Source: Candidatus Kaiserbacteria bacterium (GTDB lineage Bacteria > Patescibacteriota > Minisyncoccia > Phycocordibacterales > JABMNX01). From it: a stretch of DNA of 64,000 nucleotides. A program made the translations under genes and the position numbers. Numbering within the stretch: the first letter of the stretch is position 1; each line of letters begins with the position of its first letter. Location of the stretch: NCBI GenBank assembly GCA_016186705.1, contig JACPLB010000006.1:16325-80324 (forward strand), written 5' to 3'. Shown piece by piece: positions 26,935-36,304 of the stretch. A model generated the notes under the pieces. The model had not been told where the DNA came from. It did no database searches and saw only the letters and a program-made list of their open reading frames with translations.

Positions 26935-27981
26935 ATGATTTCTTTTCTCAAAAAGCATAAAGAGCATCTGCCGGCGCTCGCGCTTGTCGCTGGGCTCGTC
27001 TGGGACGCTCTCACGCTCGGCCGTCCCGACCAGCTCTACGCGAACATGGTGCTCCTGGCCTACCTTTTAATTGCTGGTTTTTGCATCGTGCTCTTGGCAC
27101 GGCGCGAAGCGCTGAACAAGGAACAAAAACTCTTTCTGCCCATTGTCACTCAATTTTCTTTCGGCAACCTCGCCGGGGGGCTTCTGGTCCTTTACATGGG
27201 AAGCGCTACGCTCTCGGGAAACTGGCCGTTTCTCCTCATTCTTTTCGGACTTCTCGTGGGAAATGAAGTCGCGAGAACCCGCCATGCGCAAGTACGCTTT
27301 AATGTCTCCGTATACTATTTTCTCGCACTCCTTTATTTCATTCTCCTTGTTCCGATAGTGACGCGTACGATTGAATCATGGACCTTTCTTCTCAGTCTCT
27401 TTGCTAGCATTCTCTTTATCTCGGGATTTCTTCTTGTGCTTCGTTTTACCGCGAAGGATATTCTTAACAAAGACAAGGGAGTGCTCGCGCAGAGCATTTT
27501 CAGCATCGCGGTTCTCTTTAGCGCTTTTTTTTATCTCCACATTATCCCTCCTGTCCCGCTTGCTGCCCGTGACATTGGCATTTTCCACAATGTTGAGAAA
27601 ATGAATGGAAATTATGTCGTTTCGTATGAAAAAAGGGAATGGTACTCGTTCTGGAAAAAATCCGACACGGAAGCTCACATAAGAACCCCCGGAACGCTTT
27701 TCTGCTATAGCGCGGTGTTTGCCCCGACAGACATCAACATTCCTGTCTATCACGTGTGGGAAAAATTTAATGAATCACAAAAGGCGTGGGAGGAATTGGG
27801 GCGGTTTAATTTTCCAATTCTCGGCGGGCGTGAGCTCGGCTATCGCGGCTATAGCGAAAAGACCGTTACCGAGGGAGTTTGGCGCTGTTCCGTTACAACG
27901 GAGAGCGGCGCGCTTCTCGGGAGGGCGGTCACAGAGGTTGCTCCAGGAGCTTTGCGCGAATTGATTACCGAGGTGCGATAA
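26935..27981 (+). CDS. polytopic membrane protein of unknown function
   Basis: ~8 predicted TM segments plus a C-terminal soluble region. No family motif recognised. Confidence 0.45.
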   Translation: MISFLKKHKEHLPALALVAGLVWDALTLGRPDQLYANMVLLAYLLIAGFCIVLLARREALNKEQKLFLPIVTQFSFGNLAGGLLVLYMGSATLSGNWPFLLILFGLLVGNEVARTRHAQVRFNVSVYYFLALLYFILLVPIVTRTIESWTFLLSLFASILFISGFLLVLRFTAKDILNKDKGVLAQSIFSIAVLFSAFFYLHIIPPVPLAARDIGIFHNVEKMNGNYVVSYEKREWYSFWKKSDTEAHIRTPGTLFCYSAVFAPTDINIPVYHVWEKFNESQKAWEELGRFNFPILGGRELGYRGYSEKTVTEGVWRCSVTTESGALLGRAVTEVAPGALRELITEVR

Positions 27982-28008
27982 AGCCCCGAATCGGCTATAT
28001 TTAGGAAC

Positions 28009-29652
28009 ATGATTCGGGAGAACATAATTAATGCACTGCGGGAATCACTCGGCTTGCTCGGCATTGAGGGAGAAGATATAGAGCTTGAGCACCCGGCGGA
28101 TTCAAGCCACGGCGATTTTTCGTCAAATATCGCCTTGATTCTCGGAAAGAAACTCAAGAAAAATCCGAAAGACATTGCAAAAGAAATAATCGGAAATATC
28201 AAAAAAATTCCCGATGTTGAAAGAATCAATGCGGCGAGGCAGGGTTTCATTAATTTTTACCTGTCGGAGAGTTTTTTTGCCGATACTATAAAGGATATTT
28301 TAAAACAGAAAGAAAAATTTGGGGAAAATACTCTCTTAAAAAACAAGAAAGTCATTATTGAATACACAGACCCGAATCCATTCAAGGAATTTCACATCGG
28401 TCATTTGATGAGTAATACAATGGGAGAGTCAATCTCGCGGCTTCTTGAATATTCAAAAGCGAAAGTAAAACGGGCAAATTGGCAAGGGGACACTGGACTT
28501 CATGTGGCAAAAGTGCTTTGGGGAAAAATGAAGAACCCCGCAATGAATTGGGGAGACGCATATGTATATGGGGCGCAACACTACGAGAAAAATAAAAAGG
28601 AAATTAATGAGATTAATAAAAAGATATATGAAAAAAATGATTCTGAAATCAACGAATTATATAAAAATGGTAAAAAAGAATCTCTTGCGGAGTTTGAAAA
28701 AATGTACGAGCGCCTCGGAACGAAATTTAATTTCTATTTTTTTGAAAGCGAAGGCGGTTCTGTCGGCTTAGAAACTATTAGAAAACATAAAGACGTTTTT
28801 GAAGAAAGCGAAGGAGCAATTGTATTCCACGCAGAAAAGTTTGACCAGTCGCTTCATACTCGTGTTTTTGTCACGAAAGACAGCTTGCCGACGTACGAAG
28901 CGAAAGAACTCGGCTTGGCAAAGATGAAATATGACAAGTATCCTTACGACATTTCATTCGTCGTGACAGGAAATGAAGTGAAAGATTATTTCCGCGTTGT
29001 GCATAAGGCAATGGAGCACGTTTTTCCAGAACTTGCAGAAAAAACAAAGCATATTCCGCACGGAATGCTTCGTCTTCCGCGCGGAAAAATGTCATCGCGG
29101 ACCGGAGACGTTATTTCTGCGGAATCTTTACTCAATGACGTCAAAAGTCGTGTTCTCAAAAAAATGACATCAGATATGCCACATAAAGAAGAAATTGCCG
29201 ATGAGATTGCGGTAGGGGCGGTTAAATATTCAATACTCAAACAAACAATTGGCAACGACATTATTTTTGATTTTGAAAAGTCGCTTTCATTTGAAGGAGA
29301 TTCTGGTCCGTATCTACAGTACACTTACGCGCGAATTCTCTCTCTTCTTGAAAAAGGTATAAAAGAAGGAGTGAGGGAAAAGGTCGCTTCGGTTGAAGAA
29401 ATTACGAACGTGGACAGACTGCTCTATCGGTTTCCTGAAGTGGTAGAGCGTGCGACGAAAGAGTACGAGCCGCACTATGTGACGAACTATCTCACGGAAC
29501 TCGCGGGGGCGTTTAACAGTTGGTACGGACAAGGGAAAATTCTTGACAGCACTAAACATGCCGAACACAAGCTCGCGCTCGCCCGTGCGGTCTCAATAAC
29601 ACTTCAGAACGGCCTCTGGCTTCTCGGCATTAAAGCGCCGGAGCGGATGTGA
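28009..29652 (+). CDS. argS: arginine--tRNA ligase
   Basis: N-terminal Arg-tRNA-binding domain (PADSSHGDFSSNIAL). HIGH-like PNPFKEFHIGHL. Anticodon-binding DALK domain at the C-terminus. Confidence 0.9.
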   Translation: MIRENIINALRESLGLLGIEGEDIELEHPADSSHGDFSSNIALILGKKLKKNPKDIAKEIIGNIKKIPDVERINAARQGFINFYLSESFFADTIKDILKQKEKFGENTLLKNKKVIIEYTDPNPFKEFHIGHLMSNTMGESISRLLEYSKAKVKRANWQGDTGLHVAKVLWGKMKNPAMNWGDAYVYGAQHYEKNKKEINEINKKIYEKNDSEINELYKNGKKESLAEFEKMYERLGTKFNFYFFESEGGSVGLETIRKHKDVFEESEGAIVFHAEKFDQSLHTRVFVTKDSLPTYEAKELGLAKMKYDKYPYDISFVVTGNEVKDYFRVVHKAMEHVFPELAEKTKHIPHGMLRLPRGKMSSRTGDVISAESLLNDVKSRVLKKMTSDMPHKEEIADEIAVGAVKYSILKQTIGNDIIFDFEKSLSFEGDSGPYLQYTYARILSLLEKGIKEGVREKVASVEEITNVDRLLYRFPEVVERATKEYEPHYVTNYLTELAGAFNSWYGQGKILDSTKHAEHKLALARAVSITLQNGLWLLGIKAPERM

Positions 29653-29720
29653 CCTTGTTAATCTCGAGCGGTTATGTATAATTTCAGGTCAGAACACATC
29701 GTTCTTGAAGAGGAGGACGC

Positions 29721-30068
29721 ATGTCCTTACGAGAATCATTACGTGAAAACGAAGATGCTCTGCGGACAATACATCTCAACAGGGTATACGCGAGCTCCCC
29801 ACTGAGTCATCTTCGTGAGGCGGAAGACGCTATCTGCGATAACATCGCTCACTCATTTCAGTGGGCTCAAAAAATCATGGAGTGGCGAAAGGGTGCGGGA
29901 CTCCGGTGTTTCCCTGTTCGACTCGACCCCATGTTCGCACCCATGTTCGCACGAGGAGAGGACCACGTGACTGTTAGGGAGAGACAATATTTCCCTGCTG
30001 CGTTTGAACTCGTACAGGGGCGCAGTTTGACTGGAGAAGTCCTGCTTGTCTTTAAGAGCGGTGGATAA
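29721..30068 (+). CDS. hypothetical protein, GC-rich ORFan
   Basis: 115-aa ORF between argS and ileS with elevated GC. Contains a perfect tandem 12-mer ccatgttcgcac x2 (29929-29952). A terminator-like hairpin cggccgcctacggcggcc follows. Confidence 0.3.
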   Translation: MSLRESLRENEDALRTIHLNRVYASSPLSHLREAEDAICDNIAHSFQWAQKIMEWRKGAGLRCFPVRLDPMFAPMFARGEDHVTVRERQYFPAAFELVQGRSLTGEVLLVFKSGG

Positions 30069-30178
30069 CCACCTCTCCTCCTCCGTACCTCGGCCGCCTA
30101 CGGCGGCCATTTCTTTTACGCAACTCTCCAATCTGCTACTATTGGTAGATATTTAGCTATGGCAAAGGGTTTTCCCCT

Positions 30179-33100
30179 ATGGATATGAATGACAAGAAAA
30201 GCGATATTGCGAAACGGGAAGAGAAAATTCTTACATTTTGGAATGATAATAAAATCTTTAAAAAATCCGAAGAGAAAGACGCGCCACGGGGAGAATACAT
30301 TTTCTACGATGGACCGCCGTTCGCCACGGGACTTCCGCATTACGGGCACATTCTCGCAGGTACAATAAAAGACGTTATTCCGCGTTACAAAACAATGTGC
30401 GGCTTCCGTGTGAAGCGGCGATGGGGCTGGGATTGCCATGGTCTTCCGCTTGAAAATGAAATAGAGGCGGAACTCGGACTTAAGACGAAGCGGGATATTG
30501 AGAAACTCGGCGTCGGTACTTTCAACGCGGCAGCGCATGGCGCGGTACTCCGTTTTGCCGATGATTGGAGAAAAATTATACCTCGCTTGGGAAGGTGGGT
30601 GAATATGGAGAGCGATTACCGGACAATGGACGCGACGTACACCGAGTCGGTATGGTGGGCGTTTGGCGAACTCTACAAAAAGAAGCTCATCTACAAGGGA
30701 TTCAAATCAATGCATCTCTGCCCGCGATGCGGCACGACGCTCTCAAATTTTGAAGTGAATCAAGGATACAAAGACACTACCGACATATCGGCATATGTAA
30801 AATTTCCTCTTAAAGATAGGCCGGACGCCTTCCTTCTCGTCTGGACAACGACGCCGTGGACGCTTCCCGGGAACATGGCGGTTGCGGTCAATAAAGATAT
30901 CACATACGCAAAAATTCAAATAGGGAGAGACATTTTGATACTTGCAAAGAATCGTCTCTCGATTCTTGGCGGGGGGTATAAAATAATAGAAGAATTCAAG
31001 GGAGAGAAACTTGTTGGCACGTCATATACGCCACCGTTTGATTACTATACAAGCGCAGACATTAAAGAAGAAGAAAATGCGTGGAAAATTTATCACGGAG
31101 ACTTTGTATCAACCGAAGAGGGAACAGGTATCGTACATATCGCTCCTGCGTTCGGAGAGGATGACCTCGCTCTGGCGCAGAAAAATGATGTTCCAATCGT
31201 ACACCATGTAACGACCGAGGGCGTTTTTGCCGACACGGTTACAGATTTTGCCGGACGTCCTGTGAAACCGAAAGAAAACCCTCAAGAAGCCGATATTGAA
31301 ATCATCAAGTATCTTGCACACAAAAATCTTTTATTCAAAAAAGAAAAAATCACGCACCCGTATCCGTTCTGCTGGAGGTGCGATACGCCGCTTCTCAACT
31401 ACGCATCATTATCGTGGTTTGTCAGAGTGATCAATTTCAAAGAAAAATTGGTTCGACAGAACAAGCGTATCGGATGGGTGCCAAAAGCGGTTGGTGAAAA
31501 CAGATTCGGCGACTGGCTTCTCCATGCACGCGACTGGGCGATTTCACGGACGCGCTTCTGGGGAGCTCCTTTACCCGTATGGGTAAATGGAAAGACCGGA
31601 AAGCATGTCATTATTGACTCCGTTGATGAACTGAAAAAATATATAAAGAGGTCCGGTAACCGTTACTCTGTCGCACGACATGGAGAAAGCGAAAAAAATG
31701 TATCACCCGTGATCGTTACGGATAATCCAGATGCGCCGTACCATATTACGGAAAAAGGGAAGCTTGAAATCCGAGATGCCCTAAAGCAGTTTAATGGTGA
31801 AAACTTTGACCTCATAATCACATCTCCTGTTCTACGAGCACGAGAGACCGCCGAATTTGTTGCCGAACATCTCGGATTTAATAAGAAAGATATCATTGTT
31901 GACGAACGTATTCGTGAACTTGAGCATGGCACTTGGGAAGGGAGACCACTTGCAGAATTTGAGAATACGTTTCCCACAGACCCGTCTCGTTTTGAGAGTG
32001 GTCCTGAAGGCGGTGAGACATGGACAGACGTACGAAACCGTATGGGGGAATTCTTGTATGAACTTGAACGCATACACAAAGGAAAGCGCATACTCATTGT
32101 CTCGCATGGCGACCCTCTCGCGCTCATGAATGCTTTAGCGAAGGGGCTCTCAAAAAAAGAAACAGTCAGGTTGTGGAATGAAGTTTACCCACGTAAGGGT
32201 GAGATTCATGAACTTGATTTTACTCCCCTCCCGCACAATGAGAACTACGAGCTTGACCTCCATCGACCGTACATTGATGACATTAAGCTTGTTGATACTC
32301 ACGGAGAGAAACTCTCGCGTGTTCCTGATGTCTTTGACTGCTGGTTTGAATCCGGCTCAATGCCCTACGCACAACATCATTATCCGTTTGAAAATACGAA
32401 CATCTTTAATCCGAAGAAAAGGTTCTTTAGAAGAAGGAAAGGATATCCGGCAGATTTCATCGCTGAAGGAATGGACCAAACACGCGGATGGTTTTACTCG
32501 CTCCTCGTACTCGGTGTGGGACTCTTCGGTCTCTCTCCGTACCGCCATGTGATTGTGAACGGCCTCGTGCTCTCGGAAGACGGAAAGAAAATGAGCAAGC
32601 GTCTGAAAAATTACCCCGACCCGATGGCTGTTGTTGATACATACGGAGCGGACGCACTGCGCTACTACCTCCTGTCTTCTCCAGTAGTGCGAGGAGAAGA
32701 TTTACGTTTCTCCGAGAAAGGGGTTGACGAGGTAATGAAAAAGATTCTTGTTCGACTCTCGAACGTCCATTCGTTTTACGCGCTCTACGCGGTAAAAGAA
32801 AAAATATCGTATGAAAAGAGCAACAATGTCCTTGATAAATGGATACTTGCCCGTACGCAATCGCTTATAAACGATGTCACAGACGCCATGGAGCGCTATG
32901 AGCTTGACCAGGCAACACGCCCGCTCTCGCTGTTTGTGGATGACTTTTCTACATGGTATATACGGCGTTCTCGGGAGCGTTTTAAAGCGGAAAGAAAGAA
33001 TGAAACACTCCACACCACTCGCTTTGTCCTCCTTACCTTGAGCAAAGTCATGGCGCCGTTCATACCGTTTTACGCAGAATCTCTATATCAGGCAGTCAAA

Positions 33101-33649
33101 GACGAGACTCTTCCGGAGAGCGTTCATTTATGCGATTGGCCTTCCGCGGGGAAAGTGGATGAACGCATACTATCAGATATGAAGTTAACACGAGAGGTCG
33201 TTTCATTCGCGCTTGAAGCGCGGGCGCAGGCGGGAATCAAAGTTCGGCAACCTCTATCTACGCTTACGGTCAAAAATAATAGATTAAAGGGGAACGGACA
33301 ACTGATTGCGCTGATAAAAGATGAAGTAAACGTAAAGAACGTTGAATTTTCAGATATACAAGAAGGAAAAGTAACGCTCGACACGCATATCACAGAGGAG
33401 CTCAAAAATGAGGGGCTGATGCGCGACATCGTGAGGCAGATTCAGCAATTCCGCAAAGACAGCGGAGTTATTCCGCATAAGCACATTAGGCTCTCGGTTA
33501 TCGCGGATGAAATGTCTCGGAAAATCATCATGTTATTTGAAGATGAGATAAAAAGGGCAACGCTTCTTTCGCAGATTTCTTTTGAAAAGACGACTGACGG
33601 AGGCGTGATTAATAATAGTCGGCAGTTAACATTCTCACTTAAAGAGTAA
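30179..33649 (+). CDS. ileS: isoleucine--tRNA ligase with inserted histidine-phosphatase (PGAM-like) domain
   Basis: HIGH-region PFATGLPHYGHIL, CP1 editing-domain signature (TTTPWTLPGN), KMSKR (KMSKS). Between WAISRTRFWGAPLP and DLHRPYIDDI sits a ~190-aa insert with RHGESEKN, SPVLRARETAE, ELEHGTWEG and LIVSHGDPL motifs (histidine phosphatase branch 1). Confidence 0.9.
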   Translation: MDMNDKKSDIAKREEKILTFWNDNKIFKKSEEKDAPRGEYIFYDGPPFATGLPHYGHILAGTIKDVIPRYKTMCGFRVKRRWGWDCHGLPLENEIEAELGLKTKRDIEKLGVGTFNAAAHGAVLRFADDWRKIIPRLGRWVNMESDYRTMDATYTESVWWAFGELYKKKLIYKGFKSMHLCPRCGTTLSNFEVNQGYKDTTDISAYVKFPLKDRPDAFLLVWTTTPWTLPGNMAVAVNKDITYAKIQIGRDILILAKNRLSILGGGYKIIEEFKGEKLVGTSYTPPFDYYTSADIKEEENAWKIYHGDFVSTEEGTGIVHIAPAFGEDDLALAQKNDVPIVHHVTTEGVFADTVTDFAGRPVKPKENPQEADIEIIKYLAHKNLLFKKEKITHPYPFCWRCDTPLLNYASLSWFVRVINFKEKLVRQNKRIGWVPKAVGENRFGDWLLHARDWAISRTRFWGAPLPVWVNGKTGKHVIIDSVDELKKYIKRSGNRYSVARHGESEKNVSPVIVTDNPDAPYHITEKGKLEIRDALKQFNGENFDLIITSPVLRARETAEFVAEHLGFNKKDIIVDERIRELEHGTWEGRPLAEFENTFPTDPSRFESGPEGGETWTDVRNRMGEFLYELERIHKGKRILIVSHGDPLALMNALAKGLSKKETVRLWNEVYPRKGEIHELDFTPLPHNENYELDLHRPYIDDIKLVDTHGEKLSRVPDVFDCWFESGSMPYAQHHYPFENTNIFNPKKRFFRRRKGYPADFIAEGMDQTRGWFYSLLVLGVGLFGLSPYRHVIVNGLVLSEDGKKMSKRLKNYPDPMAVVDTYGADALRYYLLSSPVVRGEDLRFSEKGVDEVMKKILVRLSNVHSFYALYAVKEKISYEKSNNVLDKWILARTQSLINDVTDAMERYELDQATRPLSLFVDDFSTWYIRRSRERFKAERKNETLHTTRFVLLTLSKVMAPFIPFYAESLYQAVKDETLPESVHLCDWPSAGKVDERILSDMKLTREVVSFALEARAQAGIKVRQPLSTLTVKNNRLKGNGQLIALIKDEVNVKNVEFSDIQEGKVTLDTHITEELKNEGLMRDIVRQIQQFRKDSGVIPHKHIRLSVIADEMSRKIIMLFEDEIKRATLLSQISFEKTTDGGVINNSRQLTFSLKE

Positions 33650-33652
33650 AAC

Positions 33653-34246
33653 ATGTCGCATCACCAATATCACACCGAAGCATTCGTACTCGGAAGCATG
33701 CCGGCGGGGGAGTCAAACAAATACATTGATATGTTCACCGCGGACCTCGGGCGAGTGCGCGCGTTCGCGAGGAGCGTGCGGGAAATGCGTTCGAAACTCC
33801 GCTTTTCCTTACAGCATTTCTCACTTTCGGAAGTTTCTTTGGTACGGGGGAAAGAGGTGTGGCGGGTTGTCGGCGCGCAATTAAAGCACAGCCTGCATTA
33901 CGATATCCCGAATCGACACGGAGAACGCGACATGATGCTCCGGCTCTTCTCTCTCTTAAGACGTTTACTGAACGGCGAGGAAGAAAACAAGTCGCTTTTC
34001 AGGACAATTTCCGATGCCCTCTCATTTCTCCGCGAGAACGTGTTGAGTGCGGATGAGGTACATAATTTTGAATGTCTCATAGCGCTTCGCATACTTTACA
34101 ATCTCGGCTATCTCGCGAAAGATACCGAAAACACTCGCTTTCTCGATACGTTCGATGTCAATAAAGAGTTAATTTCACTCCTTTCTCCCATGCGTTACGA
34201 TATAGTCAAACAAATCAACTTGTCGCTTCAGGAAAGCCAGCTGTAG
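33653..34246 (+). CDS. recO: DNA repair protein RecO
   Basis: N-terminal OB-fold pattern (EAFVLGSMPAGESNKYIDMFTADLGRV..F....R), size 197 aa. Directly downstream of ileS. Confidence 0.6.
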   Translation: MSHHQYHTEAFVLGSMPAGESNKYIDMFTADLGRVRAFARSVREMRSKLRFSLQHFSLSEVSLVRGKEVWRVVGAQLKHSLHYDIPNRHGERDMMLRLFSLLRRLLNGEEENKSLFRTISDALSFLRENVLSADEVHNFECLIALRILYNLGYLAKDTENTRFLDTFDVNKELISLLSPMRYDIVKQINLSLQESQL

Positions 34247-34396
34247 CGAAGATTGAAATACTTTTAATGATATACTTGAGAGATACTACCTCGTTCAGCA
34301 TGAGTATAATAAAAAATCGAAAGCGTAGCAGGGGTCGAATGCATTTATGAGAATACGCGCAAAAAAGAAGCCTGCACGCTTCTTGTTGTAAGCAAG

Positions 34397-36298
34397 ATGG
34401 ATGAATACGATAGAATTGAAAATCTCCGCAGGCGTCTCTATTCAAGAAAAAATGCCGTTCCAAAAGACCACCGTCACGGCTTGTCCGGCGAGGGTTCAAC
34501 TTCTATTGAGCGCGTATGGGCAGAACCCCATACAAAAAAGGTAATGCCGCAAAGAGAAAAAAAATCTTTCCTTAAAATATTCTTTATTTTTTCCATTCTG
34601 TTTTTTCTCGGCTCGGCGCTTTTTGGAGGATTTTATTTTTTTGGCGGGAAGAACATTGTTTCTTCCGAGAACGTGGACATTCAAATTCAAGGTCCGACGG
34701 CAATTGGCGGCGGAGATGAGCTTGAACTTCAAATTTCTATCGTAAATAAGAACACGACAACGCTTGAACTCACCGACTTGCTAGTCGAGTATCCGGAAGG
34801 CACACGCGCGCCCGGGAACTTGCAGAGCGAATTTCTCCGATATCGCGAGTCGCTCGGGAACATCGCGCCGGGGGAGCGAGTAAAGAAAAACGTTCGTTCC
34901 ATACTTTTTGGAGAAGAAAATACGCAAAAAGAAATCATCGTTACCGTCGAATACCGGGTTGCCGGTTCAAACGCCATTTTCTACAGCGAAAAACCATATC
35001 TCATCACGCTCTCGTCTGCACCGGTAAGCGTGTCCGTGCGCTCGCTCAATGAAGTAATTTCGGGGCAGGAAATCGACTTCTCCGTCGTCATCAGCTCCAA
35101 CTCAACTGGCAGGGTTGAAAATCTGGTACTCCAGGCGGAGTACCCGTTTGGATTTACCTTTAAGGAAGCCCAGCCGCAGGCACAGTACTCAAATTCCGTG
35201 TGGGAACTCGGTACGGTTGCTCCCGAAGAAAAGAGAACAATTCGTATCGTCGGCGTCATGACCGGACAAGATAACGAAGAGAGAATCTTTCGATTTGCCG
35301 TCGGCGTCCGTGATGAACGTGACGTGAAAAAGCTCGCCACGTCGTTTGTGACGACAACACGGTCCATCACTATCGAGCGTCCGTTCATAAGCACGGAACT
35401 CGCGCTTAATAACAGTATTGACACGTCATATGTGTTTGGAAACGAAGAGAGTATTCAAGGAGAGATTGCCTGGAAAAATAATCTCCCAAACGCCGTCTCA
35501 AACGTCCAAATAGAAGTAAAGCTTTCCGGAAACGCGATTGATAAATCGTCAATTACGGCTGAAAGAGGTTTCTACAATTCCGTGACAGACACTATCAGGT
35601 GGAGCAGGGATACGCTTGAAAATTTCGAGTCCGTTGAGCCGTCGCAGGCAGGTCTTCTCCGCTTTGACTTCAAAAGCAGAGATATCTCGGCATCCTCTAT
35701 CGCAAATCCGAACATTACGCTTGAAATCACCGTCAGGGGGAATCGCACGGGTGAAGGCAATGTCTCTGAAACAATCGAATCCGATGTAACCCGTGCAGTG
35801 AAGATTGCCTCTGACTTAAGACTCACACCGCGGATACTCCATAATTCCGGACCTCTTCAAAACACTGGAACAGTTCCTCCACAGGTAGAGAAAGAGACGA
35901 CGTACACGGTAGTATGGACTGCCACAAACAGCGCGAATCATATTTCGAGCGCGCGTGTCACCGCCGTACTTCCGTCATACGTTCGGTGGATGGGGAGCAT
36001 CAGTCCGCAGAACGGCTCCGTTAGCTTTAACGAAACCAGCAGGCAAGTAGCATGGAATATCGGAGAACTTTCGCAATCATCCGGCAGTAACGTTACGCTT
36101 AAGGAGGTTGCTTTCCAGCTTGGGTTTACTCCGAGTTTGAGCCAAGTTGGGGAAATTCCGACCCTCATGCATACTCAAGTCATCACGGGGTACGATCAGT
36201 TCGTCGAGAGGCAGATAACGCGGGATGTCGCGAATATCACGACGCTCATTCAGTCGGAGAGCGGACTTCCGAGTGGTCATGACCGAGTAGTACCATAA
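34397..36298 (+). CDS. membrane-anchored surface protein with repeated Ig-like/CARDB-like beta domains
   Basis: Cytoplasmic N-terminal ~60 aa, single TM (FLKIFFIFSILFFLGSALFGGFYFF), then a ~550-aa extracellular region with several ~100-aa beta-rich repeats. Confidence 0.5.
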   Translation: MDEYDRIENLRRRLYSRKNAVPKDHRHGLSGEGSTSIERVWAEPHTKKVMPQREKKSFLKIFFIFSILFFLGSALFGGFYFFGGKNIVSSENVDIQIQGPTAIGGGDELELQISIVNKNTTTLELTDLLVEYPEGTRAPGNLQSEFLRYRESLGNIAPGERVKKNVRSILFGEENTQKEIIVTVEYRVAGSNAIFYSEKPYLITLSSAPVSVSVRSLNEVISGQEIDFSVVISSNSTGRVENLVLQAEYPFGFTFKEAQPQAQYSNSVWELGTVAPEEKRTIRIVGVMTGQDNEERIFRFAVGVRDERDVKKLATSFVTTTRSITIERPFISTELALNNSIDTSYVFGNEESIQGEIAWKNNLPNAVSNVQIEVKLSGNAIDKSSITAERGFYNSVTDTIRWSRDTLENFESVEPSQAGLLRFDFKSRDISASSIANPNITLEITVRGNRTGEGNVSETIESDVTRAVKIASDLRLTPRILHNSGPLQNTGTVPPQVEKETTYTVVWTATNSANHISSARVTAVLPSYVRWMGSISPQNGSVSFNETSRQVAWNIGELSQSSGSNVTLKEVAFQLGFTPSLSQVGEIPTLMHTQVITGYDQFVERQITRDVANITTLIQSESGLPSGHDRVVP

Positions 36299-36304
36299 CC
36301 AATC

